Shown: positions 48,964-59,500 of the stretch, piece after piece
Position numbering within the stretch: position 1 is the stretch's first letter
Layout of the letters: each line of letters begins with the position of its first letter
Assembly: GCA_963810095.1 (NCBI GenBank)
Contig: CAWEMM010000006.1
Span: 1,792,001 to 1,856,000 of the forward strand
DNA from: an uncultured Chloroflexia bacterium
GTDB taxonomy: Bacteria > Chloroflexota > Anaerolineae > CG2-30-64-16
Reading direction: 5' to 3'
Length of the DNA: 64,000 nucleotides
The notes under the pieces: model-generated
Told to the model about the DNA's origin: nothing
What the model saw: the letters and a program-made list of their open reading frames with translations, nothing else
Database searches by the model: none
Position numbers and translations under genes: made by a program

Positions 48964-48996
48964 AGAAACCTGGTTTCTGCCAGAAACCAGGTTTCT
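48964..48996. repeat. Double palindrome AGAAACCwGGTTTCT x2 between pdhA and pdhB
   Basis: AGAAACCTGGTTTCT-GCC-AGAAACCAGGTTTCT. Confidence 0.85.
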
Positions 48997-49002
48997 CAAT
49001 AA

Positions 49003-49984
49003 CTAGCGGTGCGGAATCGAATTGACGTAGACGTCCTTGCAGAGGACTTCGTCGCCCGGCTCCGGGCTGTCCTCGGCGAACTGGACGATTTCCTTGAGTT
49101 CAGGCTCGACTGACTGGGCGATTTCCTGCGCGTCCTGCTCGGTCATCATGCCCTTCTCGACCAGTCTATCCTGCAGGCGCAGGATCGGATCGCGCAGCCG
49201 CCATTCCTCGATCTCGGCCTTGGTGCGGTAGCGCTCGGGGTCGCCCATCGAGTGGCCCACGTAACGGTAGGTCACTGCCTCGAGCAGCACTGGCCCGGTC
49301 TTGCGCGCATATTCCAGCGCCTCGTCTAGCGTTTCGTAGACCTCGAAAATATCCTGGCCGTTGAACTGCTTGTTCGGGATATCGTACGCGCAGCCCTTCT
49401 GGAAGATATCCGTGACGGCCGAGGCGCGCCCGACTTCGGTTCCCATACCGTACTGGTTGTTCTCGACGAGAAAAACGACGGGCAGTTTCCAGACCGCCGC
49501 GAGGTTAACCGACTCGTGGAAATAACCGATGTTCGTGGTGCCTTCGCCCAGCACACAGAGGACTGCGGCATCCTGCTCGTTGTAGCGCACTGCCAGGCCA
49601 ACGCCCGTGGCAAGTGGCAGGTGGCCGCCGACGATGGCGTGGCCGCCCCAGTAGTGCCGGTCGGCGCTGGCCAAGTGCATCGAGCCGCCCTTGCCGCCCG
49701 ACACGCCGGTCGCCTTGCCCAACAGTTCCGCCATCACGGCCTTGGGGTCGAGCCCGCGGGCGATGCCCCAGCCGTGATCGCGATAGGCGGTCAGGAGGTG
49801 ATCGCCGTCGCGCAGCGCCTGGCACGCGCCCGTTCGCGATCGCCTCTTCGCCGATATACAGGTGCAGGAACCCGCCGATCTTGCCTTCGGCATATAATTC
49901 CGCTGACTTCTCTTCGAACCGCCGGATCAGAATCATCTCCCGGTACAGTCGGAGAAGCTCCTCTTTGGATAGCTCTTTGGCCAC
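49003..49984 (-). CDS. pdhA: Pyruvate dehydrogenase E1 alpha subunit; frameshift near 49833
   Basis: [18 protein letters not shown] in the first frame; [37 protein letters not shown] in the second. Confidence 0.95.
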
Positions 49985-50295
49985 CGATGAACCTCCTTGC
50001 GCGCATGTGCCGCCCAAACGGCACGCTAATTATGCCAGAAGAAGCCGTGGTTTCTTAATCGCATCCGGCTAATGATAGTCGCGCCCGAAGTGCCGTGATG
50101 TTGTGCGGCATACGTTGCCCCAAGCTGCCCGTGGGCGCTTTCCGGGCAGGGATTCACACGAGCGCGACGGGCCGACGTCAATCGCGCCGGGGCCTTCCGC
50201 AGCGCGGTTGGGTCGATTGTGGCGATAAGGATTTGTCCGGGCCCGGCGGCTCATGCAGGGGGCGGAAGGGTCACGTCCAACCCCACCGGCCGGAT

Positions 50296-50727
50296 TCACG
50301 TGCCCCAGATAATCGCCGGATCGTCGACGGAGCGGAGCAAGAAGTACTTGAAGTTACCCGTGCTGGCTCTCACGTCGTTGAGCGGGCCCCCGCCCTCTTC
50401 GAGCTTAATCCAGGCGCTGCCGTTCCACCAGGCGAAGGCAAGATCCTTCGCGCTCTTGCCGCGACGACTGGCTCGGTCCAAGTCGGCGGCCGTATAGCGC
50501 ACCTGGACCTGGACGGCCGGATCAAAGTCGAAGTGAGTCCTGGAGGGGTCGTCGGGGTCCATGAACTTAAGATTACCGATGTACCTCAGCACCTGGATGT
50601 CGTCCTGAGTGGCCATCGCCGGCGCGAAGTTGGCCGGCGCGCCGATTTCGATGACCAGGTTTGCCGGAGCCAGGATCCACACGCCCACGGCGGGGAAGTC
50701 GTAATGCTGATACGGTTGCGGGTCCAT
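50296..50727 (-). CDS. Hypothetical protein (143 aa), predicted beta-rich, no signal peptide
   Basis: Strong RBS AAGGAGG; FDPAVQVQVRYTAADL...LAFAWWNGSAWIKL...DDPAIIWGT. Confidence 0.75.
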   Translation of the reverse strand: MDPQPYQHYDFPAVGVWILAPANLVIEIGAPANFAPAMATQDDIQVLRYIGNLKFMDPDDPSRTHFDFDPAVQVQVRYTAADLDRASRRGKSAKDLAFAWWNGSAWIKLEEGGGPLNDVRASTGNFKYFLLRSVDDPAIIWGT

Positions 50728-53700
50728 AACACGCCCTCCTTAATGTTCTGGCTGGATGTGGATGGAAGGATGCACGCGATGCCTTGCCCCTCAGGGCAGG
50801 GTCGATTTCGCGTATCCGCTCGACGAGCGCGCGATGCTCGGCGATATTCTCCATGAATGACCGGCGCCACTCGGGGTCGCCGATCTTGGCGGCCTGGTCG
50901 ACCAGCGCCAGGTAGCCTGCCCTGGCCGCCGCAGCCCCCAACTCCGTCTCCCCAAGCCTTTCGAAGGCCGCCGCGCAGGTCTCGTAGGCGAGCATGGGGA
51001 ATTCCATGCCCCCAAGCCCTTGCTGCAGGGTTGACCAGATCTCGTCCGTTCCCTCACGGACCTGATCCAGCAAGCCCTTGGCCATGCGGCATCGCACCAA
51101 CCCGGCAAGTGCATCCATGGCAGGGCCGCGTGCGCCGATTGCAGCCAGGAGATCATGCGCCTCCTGGAAGGCGGCCGCAGCTGCCGGCGCCTCGGCGCAT
51201 TGTTCGAGCACGAGGCCCAGGTAGTTCTTGCCCGAAGCGGCGGCGAAGGCGTCGCCTAGCGTAGCGAGTTCGGGCAAGATTTCCTCCAGAAGCTCGCGCG
51301 CCGTCGTCGCATCCCCCGTGCGCCCGCAGGCGAGCGCGAGGTTGAGTTGGGTGTAGAGCCGTTCGCGCCGAGCGCCGATGCGCTTGGTCAGAGCCAATGC
51401 GTCTTCAAGTGTCGCGCGTGCTTTTGCATAGTCGCCCAGCAGCAAGTAGTAATAGCCCAGGTTGCCCAGGCCCAGGCCCTCCCCAAAGAGATTGCCCATT
51501 TCGCGCATCACGCCGGCCTGGCGGGCCATCAGCTGCGCCGCCTGGACCAGGTCGCCTTCGGCCGCGTAATAGATGGAGATGTTGCTGAGGGTTCGCGCCA
51601 ACGTCATCGGCTGGCCCAGGCGGTCGGCGCACGCCAGCGCCTCGCCGACAATTGCGGCCGCCTCGGCCATGCGCCCCATGCGCGGCAGGTTAGACAGCTT
51701 CACCGAGAGTGCGTTGGCCCGCACCTTCAGGTTGCCGGCGCGCCCGGCCGCTGCGAGGGCCAGGTCCAGGGCCTCCATCGCCTCCCCGTACCGGCTAAGC
51801 ACCGCCAGGTAATGCCCGCGGCGGAACTGCGCTTCGGCCACCTTGTTGTCGTCGTCCATCTCCCAGGCCAGCGCAAGGAGCGCATCGTCGTCGACCTGCC
51901 GGGCGTCGGATTCGCCCAGCACGCCCAGCACCTCGTCGTGGCCTGCCAACGCCCGCCAGCGTTGCTCGAGATCGCCGGCCGGCAGCAGCCGGAGCCCGAT
52001 TTCGAACAACTCGCGGGCCTCGCCGTTCGCGCCCAGGTTCGCCGCGTGCTCGCCCGCCCGGATATACCAGGCTGCAGCCACCCGGTCCTGGCCGGCCTGG
52101 TGATAGTGTCCTGCGATCTGCGCCAGGTATTCGTTCAGACGCTCGCCGGCCCGGGCCTCTAGCCAGCGAGCGACCTGCGCATGGCACTCGCGGCGCACAT
52201 GCAACAGTACGCTCTCATAGGTGACTTCGCGCAGAATGGCGTGCTCGAACGTGTACTCGGTTGCACCGGCAAACGCCGAGCGCTCCCGGCGGTAGATCAG
52301 CTCACGCGACCGGAGGGCCGCGAGGGGCGGCGCCACGTCGGGCACTTCGGGCACGAGGTCGGCCACCAGCGTGTCCCAGAACTGCTTGCCGATGACCGAG
52401 GCGCGCTGCAGGACCAGCCGTTCGGCCGCCGGCAGCGCATCCAGGCGGGCCTGCAGCACCGCGGTCAGGGTGGGAGGCAGACGTGCGTCGCGCAACTTCT
52501 CGGGATTGATGCGCCACTCGTCGACGCCGGTTTCGATCGCGCCGTCTTCGATGAGCACCTTGACAAGCTCTTCGAGGAAAAATGGGTTACCGTCGGCCCC
52601 GTCCACGAGCCTTTCGACCAGATGCCTGGGGACCTGGGGCACGCGGCGGAGGATTTCGCCGGCGAGCGCCCGGCTGCTACGGCGTGAGAGCGGGCGCAAT
52701 TCGAGGCGGAGGTGGGTTTCCTGGCCTTCGCCCCAGTTGGGCCGGCGCTGGAGGAAGTCGGGGCGGGCCGCGGCAACCATCAGCAGGCGCGCTTGCCCGT
52801 CCTCGCCGGTCAGGCTCGCGATCAAGTCGAGCGAGGCGTCGTCGGCCCAGTGCAGGTCTTCCAGCAGCACGACGACCGGGCCCTCCTGGCCGGCCTGCAG
52901 CGTTTGGTCGCCCACGGGCGCGCCGTCGCGGCCCAGTCCCCACAAGGTCTGCAGGGCCTGGCGCAAGGCGCCCGCCGCGATCTGGCGGAACGCGGGACTG
53001 CCCAAGAGCCCCCGCACCGCCGGGCTTGCCGAAAAGTCGAAGCCGGCCAGGTGGCCTGCGAGATCGGCTTGCTCGGGCGCCAGAATGCCCGAGAGCGCCT
53101 GCCGGAACCGTGCAAGCGCATCGGCTGCGCTGTCGCTGTCCTGGATGCGGAACCGGCGGGCGAACAGGTCGCGCAGGAGCGCGTACGGGGTGGCTTGGGT
53201 CGAGCGCGTGGCCCGCCCGCGCCAGTAGTACTGGTATTCGGGACGCAGGTCGACCCAGGCGGTGAATTCGTCCAGCAGGCGGCTCTTGCCCAGGCCGGCC
53301 TCGCCCAGCACGGTGACGATGCGCGCCTGGCCCCCCTCGCTGGCGTCGAGATAGGCGTTCTGCAGAGTGGCCATCTCGGCATCCCGGCCGACCATGGGCG
53401 TAGTGACGCCCTCGATGCCGCGGTTGCGCACCGGGAAGGCGAGCGGCTTTGCGCGTACGACGAGGTAGGTTTGCAGGGGTTCGGAATGGCCCTTGACCCT
53501 CATCAGGGGTTGTGGCACGAAATCGAAGCGCCCCCGCACCTGGCGATACGTGTCCTGGGTGATGAGGACGCCGCCGGGGGGTGCGGCAGTCTGCATGCGC
53601 GCCGCGAGGTTCACCGCCTCGCCCATCGCCGTATACTCGGCGCGCTCGTCGCTGCCCACGGCGCCGACGACGACCAATCCCGTGTTGATACCGACCCGCA

Positions 53701-54175
53701 CCGCGAAACCCTCGATGCCGCGTTCCTGAGCCAGGTGCTCGCGGTAACGGGCCACCTGTTCGACCATCTCCAAGCCGGCGCGGACTGCGCGCTCGGGGTC
53801 ATCTTCGTGGGCCGTGGACGCGCCGAAGAAAGCTAACGCGGCGTCGCCCACCAGTCGGGCCACCATGCCCTCGTGGCGCACGATCGATGGTGTCAGCGCG
53901 TCGAAGGCGCCGTTCATAATCTCCAGGTAGTCTTCGGGGTCCAACTGCTCGGCCAACGCGGTCGAGTCGACGACGTCGCAGAAGAGGATCGTGATCATGC
54001 GCCGGTTGTGAAACGTGACTCCCTGATCTCGTGAGCCGCCCTGTTCGTGGAGCGCACGCTGCAGCAGCGCGGCGGGCGCGAGCGCGCCGGTGGAACTGGT
54101 GTCAAGGGCAGTGCCACAGTGAGGACAGAAGGCGAAGCCTGCGGGATACGGCTGCCGGCACCCGGGACAGTTCAT
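50573..54175 (-). CDS. Zinc ribbon + class III nucleotide cyclase + STAND/AAA ATPase + TPR protein; true stop may be near 50791
   Basis: CPGC..CPHC; TILFCDVVDST, GDA, VRVGINTG, YTAMGEAVNLAAR; Walker A GEAGLGKS, Walker B LLEDLHWAD; DGNPFFLEE; TPR-like repeats. The listed ORF overlaps the next gene by 155 nt. Confidence 0.92.
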   Translation of the reverse strand: MNCPGCRQPYPAGFAFCPHCGTALDTSSTGALAPAALLQRALHEQGGSRDQGVTFHNRRMITILFCDVVDSTALAEQLDPEDYLEIMNGAFDALTPSIVRHEGMVARLVGDAALAFFGASTAHEDDPERAVRAGLEMVEQVARYREHLAQERGIEGFAVRVGINTGLVVVGAVGSDERAEYTAMGEAVNLAARMQTAAPPGGVLITQDTYRQVRGRFDFVPQPLMRVKGHSEPLQTYLVVRAKPLAFPVRNRGIEGVTTPMVGRDAEMATLQNAYLDASEGGQARIVTVLGEAGLGKSRLLDEFTAWVDLRPEYQYYWRGRATRSTQATPYALLRDLFARRFRIQDSDSAADALARFRQALSGILAPEQADLAGHLAGFDFSASPAVRGLLGSPAFRQIAAGALRQALQTLWGLGRDGAPVGDQTLQAGQEGPVVVLLEDLHWADDASLDLIASLTGEDGQARLLMVAAARPDFLQRRPNWGEGQETHLRLELRPLSRRSSRALAGEILRRVPQVPRHLVERLVDGADGNPFFLEELVKVLIEDGAIETGVDEWRINPEKLRDARLPPTLTAVLQARLDALPAAERLVLQRASVIGKQFWDTLVADLVPEVPDVAPPLAALRSRELIYRRERSAFAGATEYTFEHAILREVTYESVLLHVRRECHAQVARWLEARAGERLNEYLAQIAGHYHQAGQDRVAAAWYIRAGEHAANLGANGEARELFEIGLRLLPAGDLEQRWRALAGHDEVLGVLGESDARQVDDDALLALAWEMDDDNKVAEAQFRRGHYLAVLSRYGEAMEALDLALAAAGRAGNLKVRANALSVKLSNLPRMGRMAEAAAIVGEALACADRLGQPMTLARTLSNISIYYAAEGDLVQAAQLMARQAGVMREMGNLFGEGLGLGNLGYYYLLLGDYAKARATLEDALALTKRIGARRERLYTQLNLALACGRTGDATTARELLEEILPELATLGDAFAAASGKNYLGLVLEQCAEAPAAAAAFQEAHDLLAAIGARGPAMDALAGLVRCRMAKGLLDQVREGTDEIWSTLQQGLGGMEFPMLAYETCAAAFERLGETELGAAAARAGYLALVDQAAKIGDPEWRRSFMENIAEHRALVERIREIDPALRGKASRASFHPHPARTLRRACYGPATVSALRLPRRGRVDPGSGKPGHRNRRAGQLRAGDGHSGRHPGAEVHR

Positions 54176-54250
54176 CTTCGCTCCTGATTGACGGATCAGC
54201 GCAACATGCCAATCTTACCGCGATCCGAACGCGAGGGCAAGGGCAGGTGT

Positions 54251-54460
54251 TTTGGAACACGAAGACGCGAAGGTGAAGGAAGATCACGAAGCGCGAAGTG
54301 CGCCGACGAACGCGAAGACGCGGAGTGTGCGAAGTGTGCGAAGAACGCGAAGATCACGGAGCGCGAAGAACGCGAAGTGCGCGGAGAACGCGAAGAACGC
54401 GCAGGGCGCCAGCCTTCGTGCTTCGCGTCTTCGGCGCGCTTCGCGGCTTCGCGTTCCAAA
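54251..54460. repeat. Expanded 9-nt-periodic array (ACGCGAAG type) with terminal inverted repeats
   Basis: TTTGGAACACGAAG...many (A/G)CGCGAAG units...CTTCGCG units...CTTCGCGTTCCAAA. Confidence 0.85.
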
Positions 54461-54527
54461 CCGCTTCACCCAGAAACTTGCACGCACCCCTTTGATGGGC
54501 TGCGGCAGATACCGGGGGGGTTAGTGA

Positions 54528-55391
54528 CTATATCAAATCTTGCAGCAGCCGCATGGGCGCGACGGCGGCACCCACGACGCCGGGACCGGTGTGGACGCCG
54601 AGCACCGGCGACACCCGCAGCGTTTCCAGCTTGGCCACCTGGAGCACCTTCTTGAGTTCCGCTGTCAGCGCGTCGGCCTGGTCCTCGAACCGGCCGTGCA
54701 TGACCGTGATCCACAAGGGCGTCTCGCCGTAAACCTGGTGCAGGTGGCCGGCGATCGTCGTCAGCGCCTTCGGCAGCGTGCGGGCCCGGCCCACATTGTT
54801 GTACTTGCCGTCATGGTGATCCACGCTGATGACCGGCTTGAGATGGAGCAGCGTGCCTGCCAGGGCCTGCACCCGGCCGATGCGCCCACCTTTGGCAAGG
54901 TATTCGAGCGTATCGAGCGTAAAAAGGACCTCGGTGTGAGCCCGCAGGTCGGCCAGCCGGGCCTGGATTTGCTCCAGCGTCCAGCCGGCCTTGGCGGCAA
55001 GGGCCGCAGCCAGCACCTGGTATCGTTCGCCGCCGGAGAGGGTCATCGTGTCCCACACCGTGACACGATCCTCGCAACTGCTTAGCTCGCGACCCAGGAG
55101 CGCCGCGCCCGGCGTGCCGCTCAGGCCGGATGAGATGTGCACAGACAGAATCTGTTCGTCGGATCGGGCGAGTTCCTTGTAGATCTGCGCGAACATCCCG
55201 CCTGAGGGTTGCGCGGTCGTGGGGATAGCGGGTCGCATCTGGGCCAAGCGGTCGTAGAACTGGTCCGGCGTCAGGTCGGCCGAGCTGACCTCTCCGCCTG
55301 GAAACTGGATGTACAGCGGGGCTTCGGTGATCCCGAGGGCCTGCAACTCGGCAGCCGGCATATCCGCCGCGCTATCTGTCACGATCTTCAT
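54528..55391 (-). CDS. DegV/FakB-family fatty-acid-binding protein
   Basis: IVTDSAAD, PTTAQPS, ISSGLSGT, LEYLAKGGRIG, GVHTGPG. Confidence 0.95.
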   Translation of the reverse strand: MKIVTDSAADMPAAELQALGITEAPLYIQFPGGEVSSADLTPDQFYDRLAQMRPAIPTTAQPSGGMFAQIYKELARSDEQILSVHISSGLSGTPGAALLGRELSSCEDRVTVWDTMTLSGGERYQVLAAALAAKAGWTLEQIQARLADLRAHTEVLFTLDTLEYLAKGGRIGRVQALAGTLLHLKPVISVDHHDGKYNNVGRARTLPKALTTIAGHLHQVYGETPLWITVMHGRFEDQADALTAELKKVLQVAKLETLRVSPVLGVHTGPGVVGAAVAPMRLLQDLI

Positions 55392-55619
55392 GCATGGGGG
55401 TTCCCTTCCGTGCTATGACGTCAGTCACGCGCTGTCACATTGTAACATAGAATGATTGCCATAATCGCGTTGAGGCTTACAAATGCAGATGATCGGCCGC
55501 ACGTCTGGGGGAGGCGAAGCACCGGCCCGCAATACGACCGTACGCCCAGGGGACGCAGCACGAACACCGGTCCCCGGGTGAGGGGCGGTACGGTCGTGAT
55601 AGGTGCCGGAAAAGGTCTC

Positions 55620-56210
55620 TCAGCTCCGCAGCGCCGAGTCCCAGGCCGCGCGCACGTCGTTGGGCGACGTGCCGGCAACCGGTGCATCCGGCTCGTCGGC
55701 CTGTGTGGATTGCCGGTTAATGCGCATCTGCTCGCCGGCCTTGTGGCGAGCCAACTCGCCGTTCCACTGAATCGCCTCGAACCCGGCGTGGATGATCTCG
55801 GCCGCGCCCACCGCGGACATGACGGTCATCAGCGTGCGGGTATACTTGGGCGCGATACAGAGCCCGTACACGAGCCCGGCAGAAATCCAGGTGCCGTTGC
55901 ACACGGGGCAGGAGATGAGCTCGCCAAGCGCCCGCTTGATGCCCGTAGCCTCGGGCTTTGCCTGCGTCGTGTCTCCCGCGCCGCTGTCGTGCGGCACGAC
56001 CTCCACGACCGGCGCACGGTAGGTTTGCATGACCGTGTCGTAGGCCACGAGCCGGGACATCCTGAAAGTGGCAAGCGCCAGGAGGCCCCAGTCTTTCATG
56101 TCGATCTGCTCGGGTTTCCTCTGCCAACAGAACAAGGCCAGAGCCAGGTTGAACAGCCCGGACAGAAGGGCGTAGCTGCTCTTGGTGTTTTTCCTCGGGT
56201 CGAGTCCCAT
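55620..56210 (-). CDS. DUF1360-family membrane protein
   Basis: LALATFRMSRLVAYD...RAP, GELISCPVCNGTW. Confidence 0.8.
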   Translation of the reverse strand: MGLDPRKNTKSSYALLSGLFNLALALFCWQRKPEQIDMKDWGLLALATFRMSRLVAYDTVMQTYRAPVVEVVPHDSGAGDTTQAKPEATGIKRALGELISCPVCNGTWISAGLVYGLCIAPKYTRTLMTVMSAVGAAEIIHAGFEAIQWNGELARHKAGEQMRINRQSTQADEPDAPVAGTSPNDVRAAWDSALRS

Positions 56211-56588
56211 CTCCACATCCTCACACTTCGCTAGGAGTCGGCACACCAGATCGGTCTTTTCGCGTCCATCTTCTGATACCACGTCAAGGGTTGCGCGGAC
56301 CTTACCACCAGCTTATGGCTGCCTTAAGGAGGGACCGGTGTGCGGCAGGGGGCAGAGCCGTCAACCGGCTTCGGCAGGCGCTTGTAGAATCTCAGCAGAG
56401 TGCCGAATTGGCAACCACTTTTGTCGTAAGGACGCGCACAAGTGACCACAAGGGTGTCCGCGATCCAGTCGAGCGCCACCGTAATGAGTTTCCGTCCTAC
56501 GCCAGGCCAACGGCCCTCGTGCCTGGGGCGCTGCCGCGTTCCGTCGGGCCGCCCAGGGACGCGCGCATCCAACTCGAGCCGTTCTTCT

Positions 56589-59500
56589 TCAGGGCCCGTA
56601 CCGCAGCAGCCCATCTCCCGTCGCCAGCCATAGCGAACCGTCGCCCGTCACGAACATATCCAGCACGTCGGCTGTGAGCCCCTTCGGGCGAATGCGCCGC
56701 CAGCCGTTCTTGGCATCCCAGCGATCGATGCGACGGCTGTGCCCCGCGATCCACACCGCGCCGTCGTGAGACAGGATCGCGTAGAGGTCGCCGCTGGGAG
56801 GAGCTCCCTGGCCGTCTGCCCAACCAAGCCATTTCTGCCGGTCCCAGCGATACAGGCCGCCGTCGGAACCGACCCAGGCCGTGCCATCCTCGGCGACGGC
56901 GAGAGACTCTACCCAGTGCGGCCCGTTCAAGGGCAATTGGTCGTTCGGCCAACTCTGGGGATTGGCCCCCGCGATGCGGTAGATGGCGGAATGCTCTCCG
57001 TCGACGCCCCAGTGCGTGCCGGCCCAGACAGTCCCATCCGGGGCGACGGCGAGGCGATCGACCGCCTGCCCGGCGAGGGCCTCCACCGTCCCGGTGACCT
57101 GTCCCGTCGCCAGGTCGAGCGTCGCCAGGCCTTGCGACGTCCCGATCCACAGCGTCCTCGTCGTGGCGACCAGCGCGCCCACCTTATTGTCGGGCAGGCC
57201 GTCCGCTTGCCCCAGGCTGCGTAACGAGCCATCCTGCACACGCAGCAGCCCGTTGGAGGTCCCAGCCCACGTCGCGCCGTCCCCAAACGCCATCGAGATG
57301 ATGTCGGGCAAGTTGGGCGGCCATTGGGACGGTGCCGTCGCTTCGCCCGTTGCAGGGTCGATCACGGAAGGGACGCCGCCGTACTCTGGCAGCACCCATA
57401 GCTTACCGTCCGGGTCTGGCACGATCTGGCCCATTCTATGGGTGGACGGCTCGCCCGGACGGCGGAGAGTGCGCCACTGGCTGCCGTCGTACGCGGCAAG
57501 GCCGTTTCCGGTTGCAGCCCAAATCACGCCCGCGCCGTCCTGTACGACCACCGTTGGGAAGTAGAGGTCGTCCCCCGGCGTCGCGGCCGGCGTCCAGTTC
57601 TGGCCGCCGTCTGTGCTCTTCGCGATGAAATCGTCCCCCGACGCCCACAGGCTCTTATCGGGCAGTTCGCTGATCCAGTAGATGGGCGCGTCCGCCCGTT
57701 GGAACTCGGTTCGCTTCCACTTGCCGCTGTCGGGCTCGAAGCGCAGCAGGCCTCCGTCGCCCGTGGTCGCCCAGAGCGTACCACGCTCGTCCTCGAGCAG
57801 GTGTCGAACTCCCTGCTTCTCCGCCAGTCCTTGTTCAGGCCCGAAGACGCTCCATTTCGCACCGTCGAACCGCAGGATGACCGCGGCGTCCAAGCCCACC
57901 CAGAAGCTCCCGTCCCTAGCTCGTACCATGCTCGTGATCAGGGGCCGCGCATCTTTCAGGGCCGGGTCGTCCTCAGGCACGGAAGGCAGGTCAGGGGCGC
58001 GCCACAGCTTGCCGTCAAAGCGCTGGACCGGGGGCCCTTGCCCGTATTGCGTGGCGAGCCATATCGAGCCATCGGTGTCGAGCAAAAAGCGCGGCTGTTC
58101 CCCCATCAAAACGCCCTCCGCCTCGGAGTATCGTTTGATCTCACCGAGCGTCTCGCCCACGGGTTGGGCGTGCAGCACGGCGGAGTTGCCGCCCACCCAC
58201 AGGCTGCCGTCGGGCATGCCCAAGAGTGACTGCGCGTGGCTGAAGGGCAGGCCGTCGCCCGAGGTGAACACCTTGCTCGTCCCGTCCGCCTTCCAGCGCA
58301 CCAGGCCGCCGCTCGTCGCGGCCCAAACGCCATCGCTTGCCGGGACCAGGTCGTGCACCCAGGCCGTCGAGCTCGAGACTCGGGGGTTGGCTGCTACAAG
58401 TTGTTCGATGGTCTTGGACGTCGCGTTCGCGCCCTGCCCGGGTGCACCCGGCGTGCTCTTCTCGGGGGAGGCTTGGCCGGCCGGGCTCGCTTCCGCGCCC
58501 CGCGTTGCACCTGCAGGTTGAGTCGCCTCGGGCGGTCGTTCGCCGGCGATCGCCGTGCCTGCGGTTGTCCCGGCTCCCGGCGCCCGGACTTGGCCCGCCA
58601 GCGTGGCCCCCCTGAGCCCCGGCAGCACTCTCGACAGCGCAAAGGCGAGCACCAGCACGACAACAACGCCAGCGAGCGCCCATTGGAGTTTTCGGGCCGG
58701 CACGCGCCGGGGAGCCGGCTCGGGCGCAGCGGGGGGCGGCTTTGGAGGTGGGGCCGGCGTGCTCATACCGAACAGGCGGCCGTCAGGCGCACGGAGATAG
58801 AGCACGGGCGTGCCCCACTCGGCGCCGGTGCCGCTGGTGAAGATGGCCTTACGTGCCTCAGCCAGGGCGGCGTCGGCCGGGTAGCCGGCCGCGAGCGCGC
58901 TGTAGAATTCGTGACCGGTCAGAATGGCCGCGTCGTCGCTGATTTCGAACTGCATCGCCAGCACGGCGGGCATACCCTGCTGGACGAGGCTTTGGGCTGT
59001 GCCGGCAAAGGGGTCGGTGCGCGACGTGCGAGCGCCTTCGCAGGAATTGAGGACGACGAGCCGCATCGGGGGATGGTCATGCAGCAGGACGCCCAAGTCC
59101 TGGGCACTGATCACATGCCCGCGCCCGTCCTTGTCTTCCAGCAGCAGCTGGCCATCCTGCGTGGCCTCGTCAAACGTGCCATGGCCGATGAAGTGGAGGA
59201 TGTGACACGGGCCCGCCCGTAGCCGCCGCTGGAGTGCGGCGAGCGTGGGCGGCTCGAGCCGCTCCAGGCTGATGCGGCCGCTGTCCTCCAGCTCCTTCAG
59301 CGCGTCCCGCAGCTTGGCCCACTCCTGCGCCACGTCCAAGGCCGGGAAGTCGCGCGGGCTTGCGATGACGGTCAGCAGGCGCAGCGGCGGCTGAACGGCG
59401 AGCGGCGCGACCGGCTCCGGGAGGTCAAGGTAGCGCACGATGGGTGTCGTGTTGCTGAGCGCGAAGAAGCGGTTGAGGGCTGGGCTGTAGAGAAATTCCC

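Noticed and set aside
50078-50168. Possible tRNA or tRNA-Sec
   Set aside because: No T-loop, D-loop or anticodon-arm consensus; kept only as an unknown structure.
54251-54460. Possible CRISPR array
   Set aside because: Units are about 9 nt with no unique spacers, and no cas genes are in the window.
54188-54655. ORFs with AKNAK / EREE repeats
   Set aside because: They are translations of the 9-nt repeat array, open in several frames on both strands.
56290-56585. Intergenic region after the CHAT gene as an ncRNA or small substrate ORF
   Set aside because: No convincing RBS, coding bias or recognisable fold by eye.
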